Program-made: the position numbers and the translations under genes
The notes under the pieces: model-generated
Told to the model about the DNA's origin: nothing
What the model saw: only the letters and a program-made list of their open reading frames with translations
Databases searched by the model: none
Origin: Leucoraja ocellata
Lineage: Eukaryota
DNA: 64,000 nt
Assembly: GCA_036785375.1 (NCBI GenBank)
Contig: JAWMAR010000200.1
Coordinates: 3,782,001 to 3,846,000, forward strand
Direction of reading: 5' to 3'
Part shown: positions 47,423-60,966 of the stretch, one piece after another
How positions within the stretch are numbered: the first letter of the stretch is position 1
How the letters are laid out: the number at the start of each line of letters is the position of its first letter

Positions 47423-49624
47423 CCATCTGCAGTTATACCAAATCCATTTGGCATACAAGAATTACTGGAACACTTTAAACTGATAAAAAATACTGATCAA
47501 GTGATGTAATTTCATTTTAAAAAAACTGAAAATGCAACAAAAGTCATTTGTTTCAAAAGTATTTTTTGTCTTTCTGATTTCTTAACATCTTTGTGAATTA
47601 GCTCAATAACAGAATTCCTTGTTGGTCATCTTGTTTTACAAACTGTTAGAAACAAAGTATTGATGTGTCCTTTTATTTACATTCAAAAGTATAAAACTTA
47701 CAGAATGGAATCTTACACTAGGTCTTTGGGATATTATAGTATTTAAGGAGTTTTGTTATTTAGAATTAGCGATTTAGATCACGTTATGACTGCAGTAAAT
47801 ATTTTAATGCAGTCGGTGAATATTTCAGTTTCTCAGATTAAAAATGATTGTGATAACATTTAAATTATTTTAGTAGCCTGTTTATCTTGAGATTTATAGT
47901 TAAACCAGGATGCAGGCAGACAGCTATTCTTTGCTGATTTTTTGTTTATGTGTATGATTGTCATTTCAGCCTTTTCATCAGCATCAGGTGTCAACTTCAG
48001 AATTTAATTTCCTGTTTATTGTTATCTTGAATTATTACCTGGAACAACAGCTGAAAAAAAATCAGAATTTCCTGTGAAATATTAACATTTGATGTACTAT
48101 ATTAAGAGAATAACTGCACAAGTTTTGTATAACATTTGGGGTTTAGAGAACAAAACAGTAATCGGTATCGTATATCTATCCTATGTTGTACCGCACAACA
48201 TACATCCTGTAGAATTTGTCCAGTCTGCATGGAGAGCATGAGCACAAATAGTAACTCAATGAGCTTAAATTAAAATGCACCAGCAGATTTACAAAGGAGG
48301 AGTGTGTTTTCTTAGCAGTGTTCAATGTTAACAGGCATGCTCTCTGTTAGAAGGTAAAACCACTTGCACCTTGGTGTTTTTTTGTGTTCCTTGTGTGCTT
48401 TATTACAAGAGATGTCAAAGCAATTGAATACAGAATTCATTTTTCCCCTCAATAGGGAAGTTAATGTTATGGAAATCATTTATTTTCAGTTTGTTGAAAC
48501 GGAAAATAGTTCCCCAGCTAATGGTTAATTCAATTAAAAACATTTAGAGAAATGCAAACATGTCTTGGCAAGACAATTACAATTTATGGAATTTGGAGCA
48601 GCAATTGCCACTTCTAATTTGGATGACACCTCCAAGACCGTTAGCGCTCCAATAGGTAGTGACTAGTCTGAAACTTTGATTTTAATTAGAATTGGGAAGA
48701 TTCTGGGCCAGAGATACAGTACATCAAATGGACTATGGGGAAGCTAAAGTACCTCACAATAACTGTAAAAAACAGCACATACAGAAGTTTACCTGGTATT
48801 GGATCTAAGGGGCTGTGAATCTAATTCAATTTGAAGCACAATGAATGGTATGTTCTCACATTTGTGGTGGTAGGATTTGCACTTATGACCTATGTAATTA
48901 AACTGATACTAAACCCACAAAGCTGCCGTTTATGAGGCAGGCCTTTGGACAGTCAGCTAAACCTGTAATTGTATATATGGCTCTTAATTCCGGTGGAATT
49001 TCATTTATTGAAATAAGACAGAAAATATTGGAAATACTTGGTAAATCAGCAGCATCTGTTGAGGAAAAGATAGTTAATTTTTTGGGTCGATGATCTTCCG
49101 TCAGAACTTTCATTGGTGGTTGATATGTTCCGAGCCACATCACGTTCTGCCTTCATGTTCCACATCACCAATTTCTTGGTTTTTAAATCAAAAAGGCTTT
49201 CTGCTGTGCTTCAGAACGGTGCTTCATGTAGAAGGGATCAGTTAAACCAGCAGTTGAGTTACAGCAAATATATGCCCTATTAATATGTGTTGGCATCACA
49301 TTTTTACACATTATAGCATGGATATTAGTTTTCATTTCTCATGAAAAAATAATTGAAACTGAAATGTGATTGTGAAATACTGATTGTGATCCGTAAGCCT
49401 GTATAATAAATCAGTATGTTTTGCTCAAAAGCTGTTTGGAGTTGATGAGTATTTCATTGTTATGGTATGTGAAGAATAGGAAGTCAGTGTGGTGCATCAG
49501 GAAAGTAAAGTTTGAAGGTGCCGTAAAAGATGAATTGAAGCAACAATTTTGTTAGCCAAGGCTGTTAAAGTGTGCAGAAACAACATAGTTGGAATTGAGA
49601 TACAAGTGAACTATGATATGATTA

Positions 49625-49865
49625 AGAACAAATACAAACTGCAGGAAAAAACTCAGTGAGTGAACAGCATATGTGTCGGGGGGCGGGGGGGGGGGGGGGG
49701 GGGGGGGAAGGATTTGGTGATGATTCGAGTTGAGATCCTGCGTCAGGGTTTCCATCTGAAACATTGATAATTCCTTTCCCCGCACAGATGCTACTCGACA
49801 ATGCTGAGTTCCTCTTGTAGTTTCTCCTTTGTTCTAATTCAGCAGATGCAGTCTCTTGTGTTTCT
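49625..49865. mobile_element. Old inverted pLTR pair with poly-G expansion
   Basis: AACTCAGTGAGTGAACAGCAT... and ...CAGATGCTACTCGACAATGCTGAGTT..CAGCAGATGCAGTCTCTTG arms. Confidence 0.55.
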
Positions 49866-50114
49866 GTGATATAATTGAAAGGTATAAGAGGTCAGGGGAG
49901 TTGATGATCTATTCTTATTACTTTGTTTCAGAGATGGAAAAAGGACATTTTTGTTGAGAAGTGTCTGAAATACCTTTTGGATTAGACTGAGTAGATATGG
50001 TTGAGGAATCTTGATCTGGGTTTGCAATTACACAGCACAGTGAAATTCATAGCAAGGTTATTTATCTTGTTCCAGGAGCCAAATGATGGCTGTATGATGG
50101 TATTGTATGAACAT

Positions 50115-50710
50115 ACAAAATATGTATCAGAAACAGGTGTAAATCACTTAGCCTCTCAAGCCTGCTTAGCCATCTAATAAGATCATAGCTGATCCAATTA
50201 TAACAATAACATTGTGTAAATGCGTACACTGTCTTTTGAGCAAGAAAGTTCCTCCAACTCATAATCCTCAACTCTATCTCAGCCCTGTCTTAAATGGGTG
50301 ACTTCTTATTTGGCTAGATTCTCATAGAAGAAGAAATATCTTCCATTTCGCCACTCTCGCAAGATTCCTGAACTGATGTCTCAGTCAAGTCGCCTATCAT
50401 TCTTATAGATTCGACAGATTCAAGTCTACACAGACCAATCTTTCCTGCTATGACAATGTATATTCTAGCTATTAGTCGAGTAAACTTTCTCTGACCTGCT
50501 GTTATTGCATTACCATCATTCCTTGAATTGGGAAACCAATACTGAAAATAATAGTTCATATGCAATCTAATGCATCCCAATGTAACTGAAGCATAAATTC
50601 TCTATCCGTACCTTAATTTCCCCATGCAATAAATGATTATACTCTGTTAGCTTTCCTAAGTACTTGCATACCAATCTTTTACAAATCATGCTCAAAGACA
50701 CACAGATATC
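50115..50710 (-). mobile_element. Old CR1 fragment
   Basis: ORF 50314-50580 resembles CR1 (RLHMNYYFQYWFP..QRKFTRLI); tail ATAAGATCATAGCTGATC. Confidence 0.65.
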
Positions 50711-52429
50711 TTTGCTTTTTTGAACTTATTACTTTATTCTGCTTTCTCTACTGGCTTAACCTATCTTATCCTTTTCTTATATCCTCTTCTCAACATAATT
50801 TCCCACAAATTTGTTCATCAAGATTTAATAGGAGTTCATAACCTGAGGAGATTCTTTAAGATATCGCCTTGTGTTGGGAACAGCGACAGCAGATCTGGAG
50901 TCTGTGCCCCATGATCATCAGCAAATTTAGCCGTGTTTACTCTCAGCCTGCCAGGCAAAATGTGGGCTAAAGGGCCTGTCCTGTGCAATACTATTCTGTA
51001 TGCTATCAATCGTCTTCTGGAAATTAAAAAAATCCTCACTGGTTTCCTTTGTCCACAGCATATTGTTGTTTCATCAGGCTCTATTTGGGGATTAAAATAA
51101 AACACCAGTAATATATTCTGGCATTTTCATCTTGATGAACACGACTCGTCAGTTTCTGACTGAAGCAATTGGAAGTGATTTTGATTATTATTCTAATGCT
51201 CCCCTCAGAACCTTGTGCACCATTGGTAGCTAGTTTTTGGTTGCATTGCTACCAATGGACTTTACAATTCTATAAGGTTTTGATCCTCTTTCTAGGCACT
51301 AAGATTTAGGTTGAGAGAGACATTGAGCTCATTTCAGGATTTAAATCATGTTTTATTTTTTCTAAATACACCCCAATAAATCAGTGGTCTTTGAAAATTG
51401 AGATGTGCGATACATGGAATCAATTCATTCAGCTTCAATGAATCGTTGACAAAATAATGAGATGGATCCTTTCTTGAATTTACTTAGAAAACACTACATT
51501 AACGACTCTATTGTCCTTATAAATGATATTAACAACGGCTTACCTTTTGTTATTGGAATTTCCAATAGGAAAGATAACAAGATATAATAATGTGTAGAAC
51601 TTGGTTGTATTATGCACAATTTCAGATGGGAATTGGCTCGCTGGACATTACAAACTGTCCCACATAATATTCTTTCTGTATGGACTCTCTCCACATCACC
51701 ATAAAAACATGAGGTAGGCAAATAATCTACTGAATCAGAAACTTCTCCCAGACTGCTATCTTGATGATAGAAACTACTGTAAGTTTATTTCTGGCCTGAC
51801 AATTCTTTGAAGTGTCTGATTTATTTTGGAATAGATCTCTGCCTCGGCTCCATAAAATAGATGCAGATTTCACTAATTCAGCTAATAGAGAGCCTATTTT
51901 CCACTGGGGGGAAAAAAACTAATCGCTGGCAATTTACAATTTGCCACTGGCCCTCAGTAATATATTAAATCAAACACAATCTATTGTCCTCATCATTTTC
52001 TAAAGCTAACGCAGATCACTCACATTGTAATGAATGTTCATCGATGCTTCAAACTCTTTCTAGCTTTCGAACATGTAACTTCCCAATATTGTTAGATAAT
52101 CATGGCAGAAAACTCTAATTATGAAACATAAGTTATGGAACAAATTTATTTTCATTAAAGATAACAGAAAAAGCAATGATTATTGAAATTGAAACGAAAG
52201 CACATACGGATATAAGAAAGCACTATATCAAAGAATGTGGACTTGTAGACTGATGAACAGATTTTGTGAACGCAGGCTAATTAACTAGAGTTGCAAAGTT
52301 CACTGATAATCAGTTGGGCCTGTGGAAGAAGGGCTTTCTAAATTAAAAGATTGTTCGAAAATTTGAGGGACGCAATAATAAGATGTCAAAAATAGCAGAT
52401 ATTTGCAGATGGAGAGATAAACAAGAATT

Positions 52430-53072
52430 TTGCACAGTAGTTGAAAGAGGCATCACAGATAGATGGGTTGTGGTCAAGAAAGCTTTTTGGCACATTGCCC
52501 TTCATCAGTCACAGTATAGATGTTGCGGGGTCATGTTACAGTTGTACAAAGCATTATTGAGGCCACATTTAGTATTGTGTTCAATTTTGTTATTAAGATG
52601 GAAAGGATGCAGAGATTTATGAGGATGTTGCAGGACTTGAGGGGCTGAAACTTCGGGAGAGATTGAGTAGGCGAGGACTTTATTCTTTGAAGAACAGGAG
52701 GATGAGGGGTGATCTTACAGAGATTAATAAGATCATGGGAGGAAAAGGTAAGGCAAATGCAGAGTTTTTTACGCAGACCAGGGGAATCAAGAGCCAGAGG
52801 ATGTAGGTTTTGGTGAGGGGTGGAAATTTAATAGGAATTTGAGGGGCAACCTGTTTACACAAAGGGTGGTAGGTACATAGAACAAGCTGCCAGAGGAGGT
52901 AGTTGAGGCTGGTACTATCACAAAAAACATTTGGACAGGTACATGCATAGGATAGCTTTAGAAGGATATAGGCCAAACGTGAGCAAGTGGGACAAGTGTC
53001 GAAGGGCCATGTTGGTCGGCATGGACAGGTTGGGCCAAAGGGTCTGGTTCCACGCTGCTGGACTCTATGACG
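52430..53072 (+). mobile_element. CR1 LINE 3' fragment
   Basis: VMLQLYKALLRPHL; GGATGAGGGGTGATCTTA; tail GGGCCAAAGGGTCTGGTTCCACGCTGCTGGACTCTATGAC. Confidence 0.8.
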
Positions 53073-54120
53073 CTAATAGTAGTTGAGTAGTATGTTAATT
53101 TTCTCCTACAAATGTTGTTGAGACAGCATCTATGTCCTTTTTGCATGAGAATTAGAACACAAAGTGTCAGGAATAGTATTCAAGAGTATTGGTCTAGACA
53201 TTGTGGCTGAGGAGCAAAAGCCCAGAACAGACTTAGTGGGTCTATTGATTCCAAAGATGCACAGGGAATTTTCTTGTGAAATTAACCACTAATATTGACG
53301 GAAGGTCTGTAAAAATTGCATGCAAGCACAATCAGAATTTCCACCAAAGCTGTGCCAATTGGTTGGCAGTATCTATTTAAATAAACATGAAACTTTACAA
53401 AAAATAATGAAATTATTTTTCCCAATTATAAGGTGTTTGAAAGCTAGTTGCCACAATTTGGTTCATTAGATACCCTGGGACTAAATATTGAAATCTGCAA
53501 TGAGGGCTATATCGTCATTTTTATCTTTATCAGGTATATAAAAATTGATTATTTTATGGAAAATTGATTTTATCAGTGATTTCTGAATGTCATAATCTCA
53601 TCGGATTGCTAAATTTGGATCAAAAACGGAGCACTAGCTCTCCCTTTTAGAAATGCCACCTGTGCTATTTGTTTTGGCCGGGAGCACTAATTAATCACAT
53701 AATAATTAAACAATAGGAAGCACATTAAATGACACGGAAATGCTGTTAACACAGTTATCAAGCCATAACTGAAGCTGCGAAGCACTACAAGAGCTCAGCA
53801 TCTGTTGGGTGAATCTATGCACAATTTTTTTTAAATCATAGATCGCCTCTTTCTGTAATTTCTTTGCTCTTTACAAGAATGGTGAACTTATAGACGTCTG
53901 CCTATTTTTTTGTTTCATTACTTTCCTACTTCAGACATTTCCTGACATTTTATTCTGGTTTGTATTTAAACTGCATGTTCATAAAGCAGAAGGAATGGAA
54001 CAGATGCTGCACTTTAAGTATTTTGTATCTCCAATGGGTTGCTCTCTGACAATTGCGATTTTCTCAATCTGTTGTTTTGATGTTTGTTTTTGTTGCTTAA
54101 AAGTATTCTGACATGATCTT

Positions 54121-54510
54121 TCTGTCTCGCTCTCGCTCTCTGTCTCTGTGTCTGTCTCTGTGTCTGTCTCTGTGTCTGTCTCTGTGTCTGTCTCTGTGTC
54201 TGTCTCTGTGTCTGTCTCTGTGTCTGTCTCTGTGTCTGTCTCTGTGTCTGTCTCTGTGTCTGTCTCTGTGTCTGTCTCTGTGTCTGTCTCTGTGTCTCCC
54301 TCTCCGTGTCTCCCTCTCCGTGTCTCCCTCTCCGTGTCTCCCTCTCCGTGTCTCCCTGTCTTTGGTTTCTCTCTCTCTTTCTCTATCTTTTTTTCTCTGT
54401 CTGTCTCCTTCTCTTCTCATTGTTTCTCTCTCTCTGCCTCCCTCTCTCTCTCTCTCTCTTTGCTTCCCCTCTGCATCTCTTTCTCTCTGCCTCCACTCTG
54501 CCTCTCTGTT
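54121..54510. repeat. Compound tandem repeat: ~13 x 12-mer TGTCTCTGTGTC, ~4 x 14-mer TCTCCCTCTCCGTG, then CT-rich tract
   Basis: Read directly: 54141-54297 (12-mer) and about 54295-54356 (14-mer). Confidence 0.95.
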
Positions 54511-55649
54511 TCGGTACTGGTCACTCCAAGATGGAGCTTACTTGCTTTATCAACAGTAATGCTACTGTCCAACGGAAAGTTTCAACAAAAGCCAAACATT
54601 TTAGATTGATATTTTCATTCTTGTTTTATCTTTAAATTTTAGGTCTATTTTAGATATGATAATTTTTAAGGTTGTATGTATTTATTTCTCTTTTTATTAA
54701 TTGCACTGACAAAAACAGATGAGAAACAATTTTTTGTTTCTTCTGTGTATGAAAGTACTCGGTGAAATGACAATAAAGTTAATACTGAATGTTCAGATGG
54801 CCATTGATTTCTTCAGCCTTGCATGCATCAGTAAACTATCTTGTGCACATGGCCATCTGGTCAGTCTTCTCAAATCAAGAGTTGATTTCTGATGTGCCTG
54901 CCAATCAGTAATACCCTCTCTCTCTTGATCCGAGCTAATTATTTGGGCCCATCTGTCGATGGACTCCCAATGTCTCTGAGCAGTGACCACGTCCGTTCCT
55001 GGGCCTTACTCCCTATTTAGCTAAACGTTTTAAATGTTGTTTAGACTGGTCAAGAACAAACTTTTAAAGTGATCAAAACAAATTTGAATGGAAACTGTTG
55101 TTCATAATAGATAACACAGGAAAATCAGAGTGGACAGTAAACGGGTATTGTTCTGCAAAGGCATCATACACTCAAAAATGATCACGGCACACAATTTGAA
55201 TCAGTGATTATCTTGTTGGATTGAATCTATTTGAATTAATTCCTCCTTTTTAGAATCTTAAGTAAAGGGTAAATATTTTATAGTCTTACAATGAAATTGT
55301 ACAGACTTGCAAGTGGCATGGTAAATCTTTAAATGTAATGTTTCCGACATCACCCAAAGCAATTGCCTTCAGTTAAGGAATATTATGTTACACGGTCCTA
55401 GCCCAATGTCATATTACTTTAGGAAAAACAAAATACTCTTGCTTGAAATAAGAAGCCCCTCCCCCCCTCACAAAAAAATGAACACAATGTTACATAATAT
55501 GGAAGCACAGTTAATATTTCAGATCAGTATGCTTTTTGTCAGAACTGGTAAATGCCAAAAACAATATGAACTGAGATATGTGAAGTGGATAGTGAAGTGT
55601 GAGTGAGAATGGTGAGGTTTCAATATTCACACAGACATCTGTAGATATA

Positions 55650-56472
55650 TGGAACTAGCTGTCAGCGGAGGCAAGTACTATAACAACAATTAAAAGGCAT
55701 TTGGTACATGCATAAGAAAGGTTTAGAGGGATATGATCCAAACACAGCTAGATGGGACGAGTGTAGTTGGTGCATTTTGGTCGCATGGGCAAGTATTAGT
55801 TACAAAGAGAGGCTGGACAGACTTTGATTGTTTTCTCTGGAATGCTGGAGGTTGAGGGAAGTATATCAAATTATGAGAGGCAAAGATAGGGTAGACATTC
55901 AGAACCTTTTTCTCAGGATGGAAATATCAAATACTAGAAGGCATAGCTTTAAGTTGATAGGGGCAAAATGTAAAGGAGGTTTTTACACAGAAGGTGATGA
56001 GTGCCTGGAAAGTGCTGCCGGATGCGGTGGCGGAGGCAGAATTAATAATGGCATGTAAGTTCATTCATTCATCATCTTTGAAAACATTAGCGACGCAGCG
56101 GTGCTGGTTTCTGACGGGCACGGTTACGGATGCACCACACATCTCTGTCCTCCGTGCAGCTGGTAAGCTCCTCCTTTGCCTCTACACATGCGTTTTTCAT
56201 CAACATCTTCAGCATCATCTTGATCGATCGTCCCGGGTCACATCTTCCATGGGTGGGTTCCCACAGCACAACCTTGTTTGCTGGCATTTCTTGGTGGTGA
56301 TGGCAGTGACCAATAAGCCTCATCCTTTTCCATTTGATATTCTCGGTCATTTGGAAAGGCACATAAATATGCAGAGAATAGAGGAATATGAAATATATGC
56401 AGGCAAAGAAGAGTTGGTCTTGGAATCATGTTGGGCACTGACATTGTGAGCTGAAGAGCCTGGTCTTTTGAT
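55650..56472 (+). mobile_element. Two CR1 3' fragments, the second split by an RTE-like insertion
   Basis: FSLECWRLR..YQIMRGKDRVD..LF; CR1 sequence resumes at CATTTGGAAAGGCACAT after the insertion. Confidence 0.75.
56060..56349 (-). mobile_element. RTE-like LINE 3' fragment
   Basis: ORF 56087-56362 RMRLIGHCHHH.E.PANKVVLWEPTHGR..PGR..DRDVW resembles the RTE-group C-terminal domain; (TGAA)n tail. Confidence 0.7.
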
Positions 56473-56611
56473 GTACTGTTCTATGTTCTAACCACCATAA
56501 ACTACAATTGCAATACTTATGCTTGGGATATCAAATTCTTCCCATCAATAGCCAGACTTCCAAACTAAATATGGAAGGAACTTAAAAACAGAGGGAAACG
56601 AAAAATAAGAC

Positions 56612-57290
56612 ATGGGAGGTCATGTCTCACAAATCTGATTGAGTTTTTTGAAGACATGACCAAAAAGGTCGATGAGGGCCGAGCTATAAATGTTGTATAC
56701 ATGGATTTCAGTAAGGCATTTGACAAGGTTCCACATGGCAGGCTGCTCTGAAAGGTTAGATCGCATGGGATCGAAGGAGAGATAGCTGAATGGATACTCC
56801 ATGGAATACAGCACAGACACAGACTTCCTTCGGTTCAACTCATTCAGGCCGACCAAGATGCCCCATCTCAGCTCGTCTTATTTGCCCTTTTGCCCAATGT
56901 CATTCTAAATATTTCCTATCCATGTACCTGTCCAAGTGTCTTTTAAATGCCGTTATAGTATCTGTCTCCTCTATCTCCGTTACCACCCTCTGAATGAAAA
57001 ATGTTGCCCCTCAGGTTTGTATAAAAAAAATCTTGCCCTTATCACTATAAACATATGTCCTCTTGTTTTTGATACCCTTACCCTGGGTAAAAGATTCTGT
57101 GAATGCCTATCTATTCCCCTCATGATTATTTTCCACTTGTATAAGACCATTTCTCAGCCATTTGCTCTACAAGGAATAAAATCCTAGCGTGCCCAACCTG
57201 TCCCTGTAGCTCAGCTCCTCAGGTTCTGGCAATGTCCTCGTAAATCTTCTCTGCACGCTTTCCAGCTTAATGATATTGTTCCTGCAAAAG
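56612..57290. mobile_element. Adjacent CR1 RT fragment (+, 56612-56795) and CR1 3' fragment (-, 56796-57290)
   Basis: GRSCLTNLIEFFE..YMDFSKAFDKVPHGRLL on plus; CR1 tail on minus. Confidence 0.8.
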
Positions 57291-57502
57291 TACAATGAGC
57301 TTTGGATCCGGGTGAGAAAATTGAAATGAAATTGATTATAATGATCAATTGATGAATTTTCTGTCCTTCATATTCCTAATTTGACTAGCAAGTGCTTTTC
57401 TCATTCTACATCCACTTCCTGACAGACTTGGATTGGCAGGAAAAGGTAGAGGCTAAAATTACAGTCAACTCCTAATTATGTTAACAGATGATTTGAACAC
57501 TT

Positions 57503-57662
57503 AAACAAACATTTCTAAACACATGTTTTTGCTTCAATCTTCAGGGGTACTGTGTGTAGATTGATGATTTAAAAAAAAAAGAATTTAATCCATTTAAAAA
57601 TAAGGCTGTAACGTAACAATGTGGAAAAAGTGAAGGGGTCTGAATACTTTCTCAATGCACTG
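57503..57662 (-). mobile_element. Tc1-like transposon terminal fragment (right-facing end)
   Basis: ...GTGGAAAAAGTGAAGGGGTCTGAATACTTTCTCAATGCACTG|TA; inverted match to 16413-16552. Confidence 0.85.
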
Positions 57663-58724
57663 TACACAAATCTAATTGACCAAAACTTAGTCTATGCCCC
57701 ACCATGCCTTGACAATGGAAATGCTTGTCCAAATGCTTTGCAAATATTATGAGAGCACCAGCCTCCACCACATTCTCAGAAGTACATTCCAGATTGCATT
57801 ACCAAACGGGTGAAAATATCTTCCTCAGATTCACACTAAACCTTCCATTCCTCTCCTAAACTAATGTCATCTGGTTGTAAGATGTCTCTGCCATAAAGAA
57901 ATGTTTCTTCCTAACTAACCTATCTATGTTTCTCCTAATTTTGTAATGTCCATGCTGGAAAGTCATGCATTTACCAACATCAACATCGTTTATTTTTTTG
58001 AGTTTTATGTACAGAATGGTGAATGCAAAATTTAATAAAGCACTCTAAGTGTTGTTCTTTTAGCAAGATATACATGATTATCTAAACAATCTAAACAAAC
58101 TGAATTTAAAAGCATACATTCAGTCCTACAGAAGAACAGAATTTAAAACTGCTACAATATATGATGATTTGATCCTTTTTGCACACAATAACCACCAATC
58201 ACCTAGAGATTGCATAATTGGTACTAAATGGCAAATAGCATTGAGCAATATAGGATTCGTAACGTAGTGTTTGCATTGGAGCCAAATAAATGGATGGCAT
58301 CAAATTAATCTTTGTTAGAACCTTTTATGCTTTCTTGCTTTTTTATAAAAAATAGCTCTCTGAGGGCTAATTATCTGACTTACAATTACATAGTATTTCA
58401 CAATCAGACTAGCCTCAAACAAAGTAACCATCTTTTTTATTGGATTTGGGACCAGTGCGCTTTTTAATACATTACAGGTGAAATGCCTATTTTATAATCA
58501 CCCCATCTCATTTAATGTGTACTGAGTTATCACAGCTTTCAATTCTTGAAACCGTGCACTTTTGACTTTGTGCATGAATATTCTTTCTTTGTATTCTTTT
58601 GATAGAAAAATATTTTGTATTCAATTTGCTCAGTGATTTGTCAGTCACATAGTAAGACATTTAAACTAGCTGCAGGACAACTCATTTAAAAGCAATGTTG
58701 GGGTGAGATGTTTAATACTTATAT

Positions 58725-59190
58725 CCATAAAAGATATTTGGCCATTTGATCAGTTGTGTCTGCTTTGTCATTCAGTAAGATTGTGACTGAATCTTTTACC
58801 TCAGCACCCCTCCCTTGCTCCACATCTACACTGAAATACCCCAAAATGTCTACATCACTGTCTTGAATATCTCTAGTGACTGAAACTTCACAGATTTCTT
58901 TGGGAGATAATTCCAAAGATGCAATATGCTCTAAGTGAAGACGTTTCTTCACATATTTTTCCTCAATGGCCTGCCCCTTATTTTTGACCCTTGATTCTTA
59001 ATGCTACTGTCATTATAAATATAATTTTGTGCCTACTCTATTAATCTCTGTAATAACACAATTCAATGAGATCAAACCTAGTTCTTCTCAACTTGGCAGA
59101 GTATGGGCCCAGACTGTTTCATCAGTTTTTCTTTCTGATTCTGGATCAGCCCTGCCCTTGTCCATACCAGGTATTAGAGTGGTGGACTTT
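58725..59190 (-). mobile_element. Old CR1 3' fragment
   Basis: Degenerate CR1 tail; the ORF at 58719-58952 is a read-through of this repeat. Confidence 0.55.
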
Positions 59191-59308
59191 CTGATGGATG
59201 ATTGAAATTAGCATTGCAACATTTCATTTAACACAGCCTGAGGTCTTCTGGTAAAACTAAAGTCAGCAGACCTGAGAGGAAATATTTCATCAGTTGGAAT
59301 CTTATCTT

Positions 59309-60001
59309 GAATGAATAAATGAATGAATGAATGAATGCATAAGTTTATTGGCCAAATATTCCCATACAAGGAATTTGCCTTGGTGCTCCGCACGCAAGTG
59401 ACAACATGACATACAGTGACAGTTCGAAATGATACATAAAACATTAAACATTAATAATAAAACATTATTGATTAAACATGTGAATGAAATAAAATACCAG
59501 AGCAAAAGGAGGCTACAGATTTTTGGTTATTGAGCTACTACTCGTGGGGAAAAAAGCTGTTTTTGTCTGGCTGTGGCAGCTTTGACAGCCCGGAGTCACC
59601 ATCCAGAGGGAAGTGATTCAAAGAGTTGGTAGCCAGGGTGAGAGGGGTCAGAGATGATCTTACCCACTCGCTTCCTGGCCCTTGCAGTGTACAGTTCATC
59701 AATGGAGGGAAGGTTGCAGCCAACAACCTTCTCAGCTGATCGGACGATTCACTGCAGCCTCTGGATGTCGTGCTTGGTGGCTGAGCCAAACCAGACCATG
59801 ATGGAGAAGGTGAGGACAGACTCCACGATGGCCATATAGAATTGGACCATCATTGCCTGTGGCAGATTGTGCTTCCTCAGCAACCGCAGGAAGTACATCC
59901 CCAGTTGTGCCTTTTTGACTGTGGAGTCGATGGTAGCACCTCACTTAAGTTCCTTTGAGATTAAATTTCCCAGGAACTTAAAAGACTCCACGGATGTGAC
60001 A
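59309..60001 (-). mobile_element. Rex1/Babar LINE 3' fragment
   Basis: FYMAIVESVLTFSIMVWFGSA..KIISDPSHPGYQLFESLPSG; tail GGCCAATAAACTTA(TTCA)n. Confidence 0.85.
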
Positions 60002-60789
60002 CAGATCTTGCACTGGAAATTGGTTACTGGAGGTTTATAAGGCATACGTTGATATTTTAGGGCGTTGCAATGGATTCATTTCCTGGTGCCCCAAAATTAC
60101 CTGGAAGACATAGGTGGAATGGATGAATGCAGCTCTAGTATTCAAAAAGTTTGAATAGTTTGTTTGACAAAGGATATTTGATTTGTTTCCAATCCACTAC
60201 CCAAAGCATTTACTCATCTTGGCTACAGTTCATACCATTAACAAAAAATAAAATGCAAATGAATTGCTTAATTTACTCTTGTAATAGCTCCCAAATCCAA
60301 AATCTCTACCAACTGAAACAAAACAAGTGTTATGGGCACATAAGGACCCAACAATTGGCAAGCTCCCTCTCCAAACCACACACCACCTTCACTTTGATAA
60401 ATAGCACTGTCCGTTAGTTGTTGCTAGATCTGGATCTGGATCTTGGAACATCTTGTTCAAAAACGCTGTTTGATGACTTCACCAGAATAAATACAGTGAA
60501 ATAAAACGCCCACCATGTAGTCAAAGACATTTACAAGTAGTCTAAAAATGCTCACCTTGCCAGAATTTATAACATTCTATCAGTTAATACATTTAGGAAA
60601 AATATTTCACACAATGCGAGTCCCTGTCATTTTCTTGCAAACTGAACATTTTAATGTTTAGATGGAATGATACATCCAGAGGGTTCAAAAATCTCCTCAG
60701 TGTTTTGTGGACTAACATCCTCCTTTAAAAAATATTGGGTGAACAGTCTCCCATTATGGTAATGAATTCTCTTTAAGACATTTTTGTTG

Positions 60790-60966
60790 CTTCCCAGGTG
60801 ACCATTCCATTCACATGTTTAAACTGTAAGTTTTATTATTCATGTTTTAAGTGTCATTCTTAATTGTTACTGTATGTCGTGTTGTTACTTGCGAGCGGAG
60901 CACCAAGGCAAATTTGTTGTATGTGTACATACTTGGCCAATAAACTTATTCGTTCATTCATTCATA
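60790..60966 (+). mobile_element. 3' UTR and tail of the same Rex/Babar family
   Basis: GCGGAGCACCAAGGCAAATT..TTGGCCAATAAACTTATTCGTTCATTCATTCAT, the reverse complement of 59310-59480. Confidence 0.8.

Noticed and set aside
54097-54635. RHRD/SLCL/SV repeat ORFs and a possible CRISPR-like array
   Set aside because: Pure tandem repeat with no spacers and no cas genes, in eukaryotic DNA.
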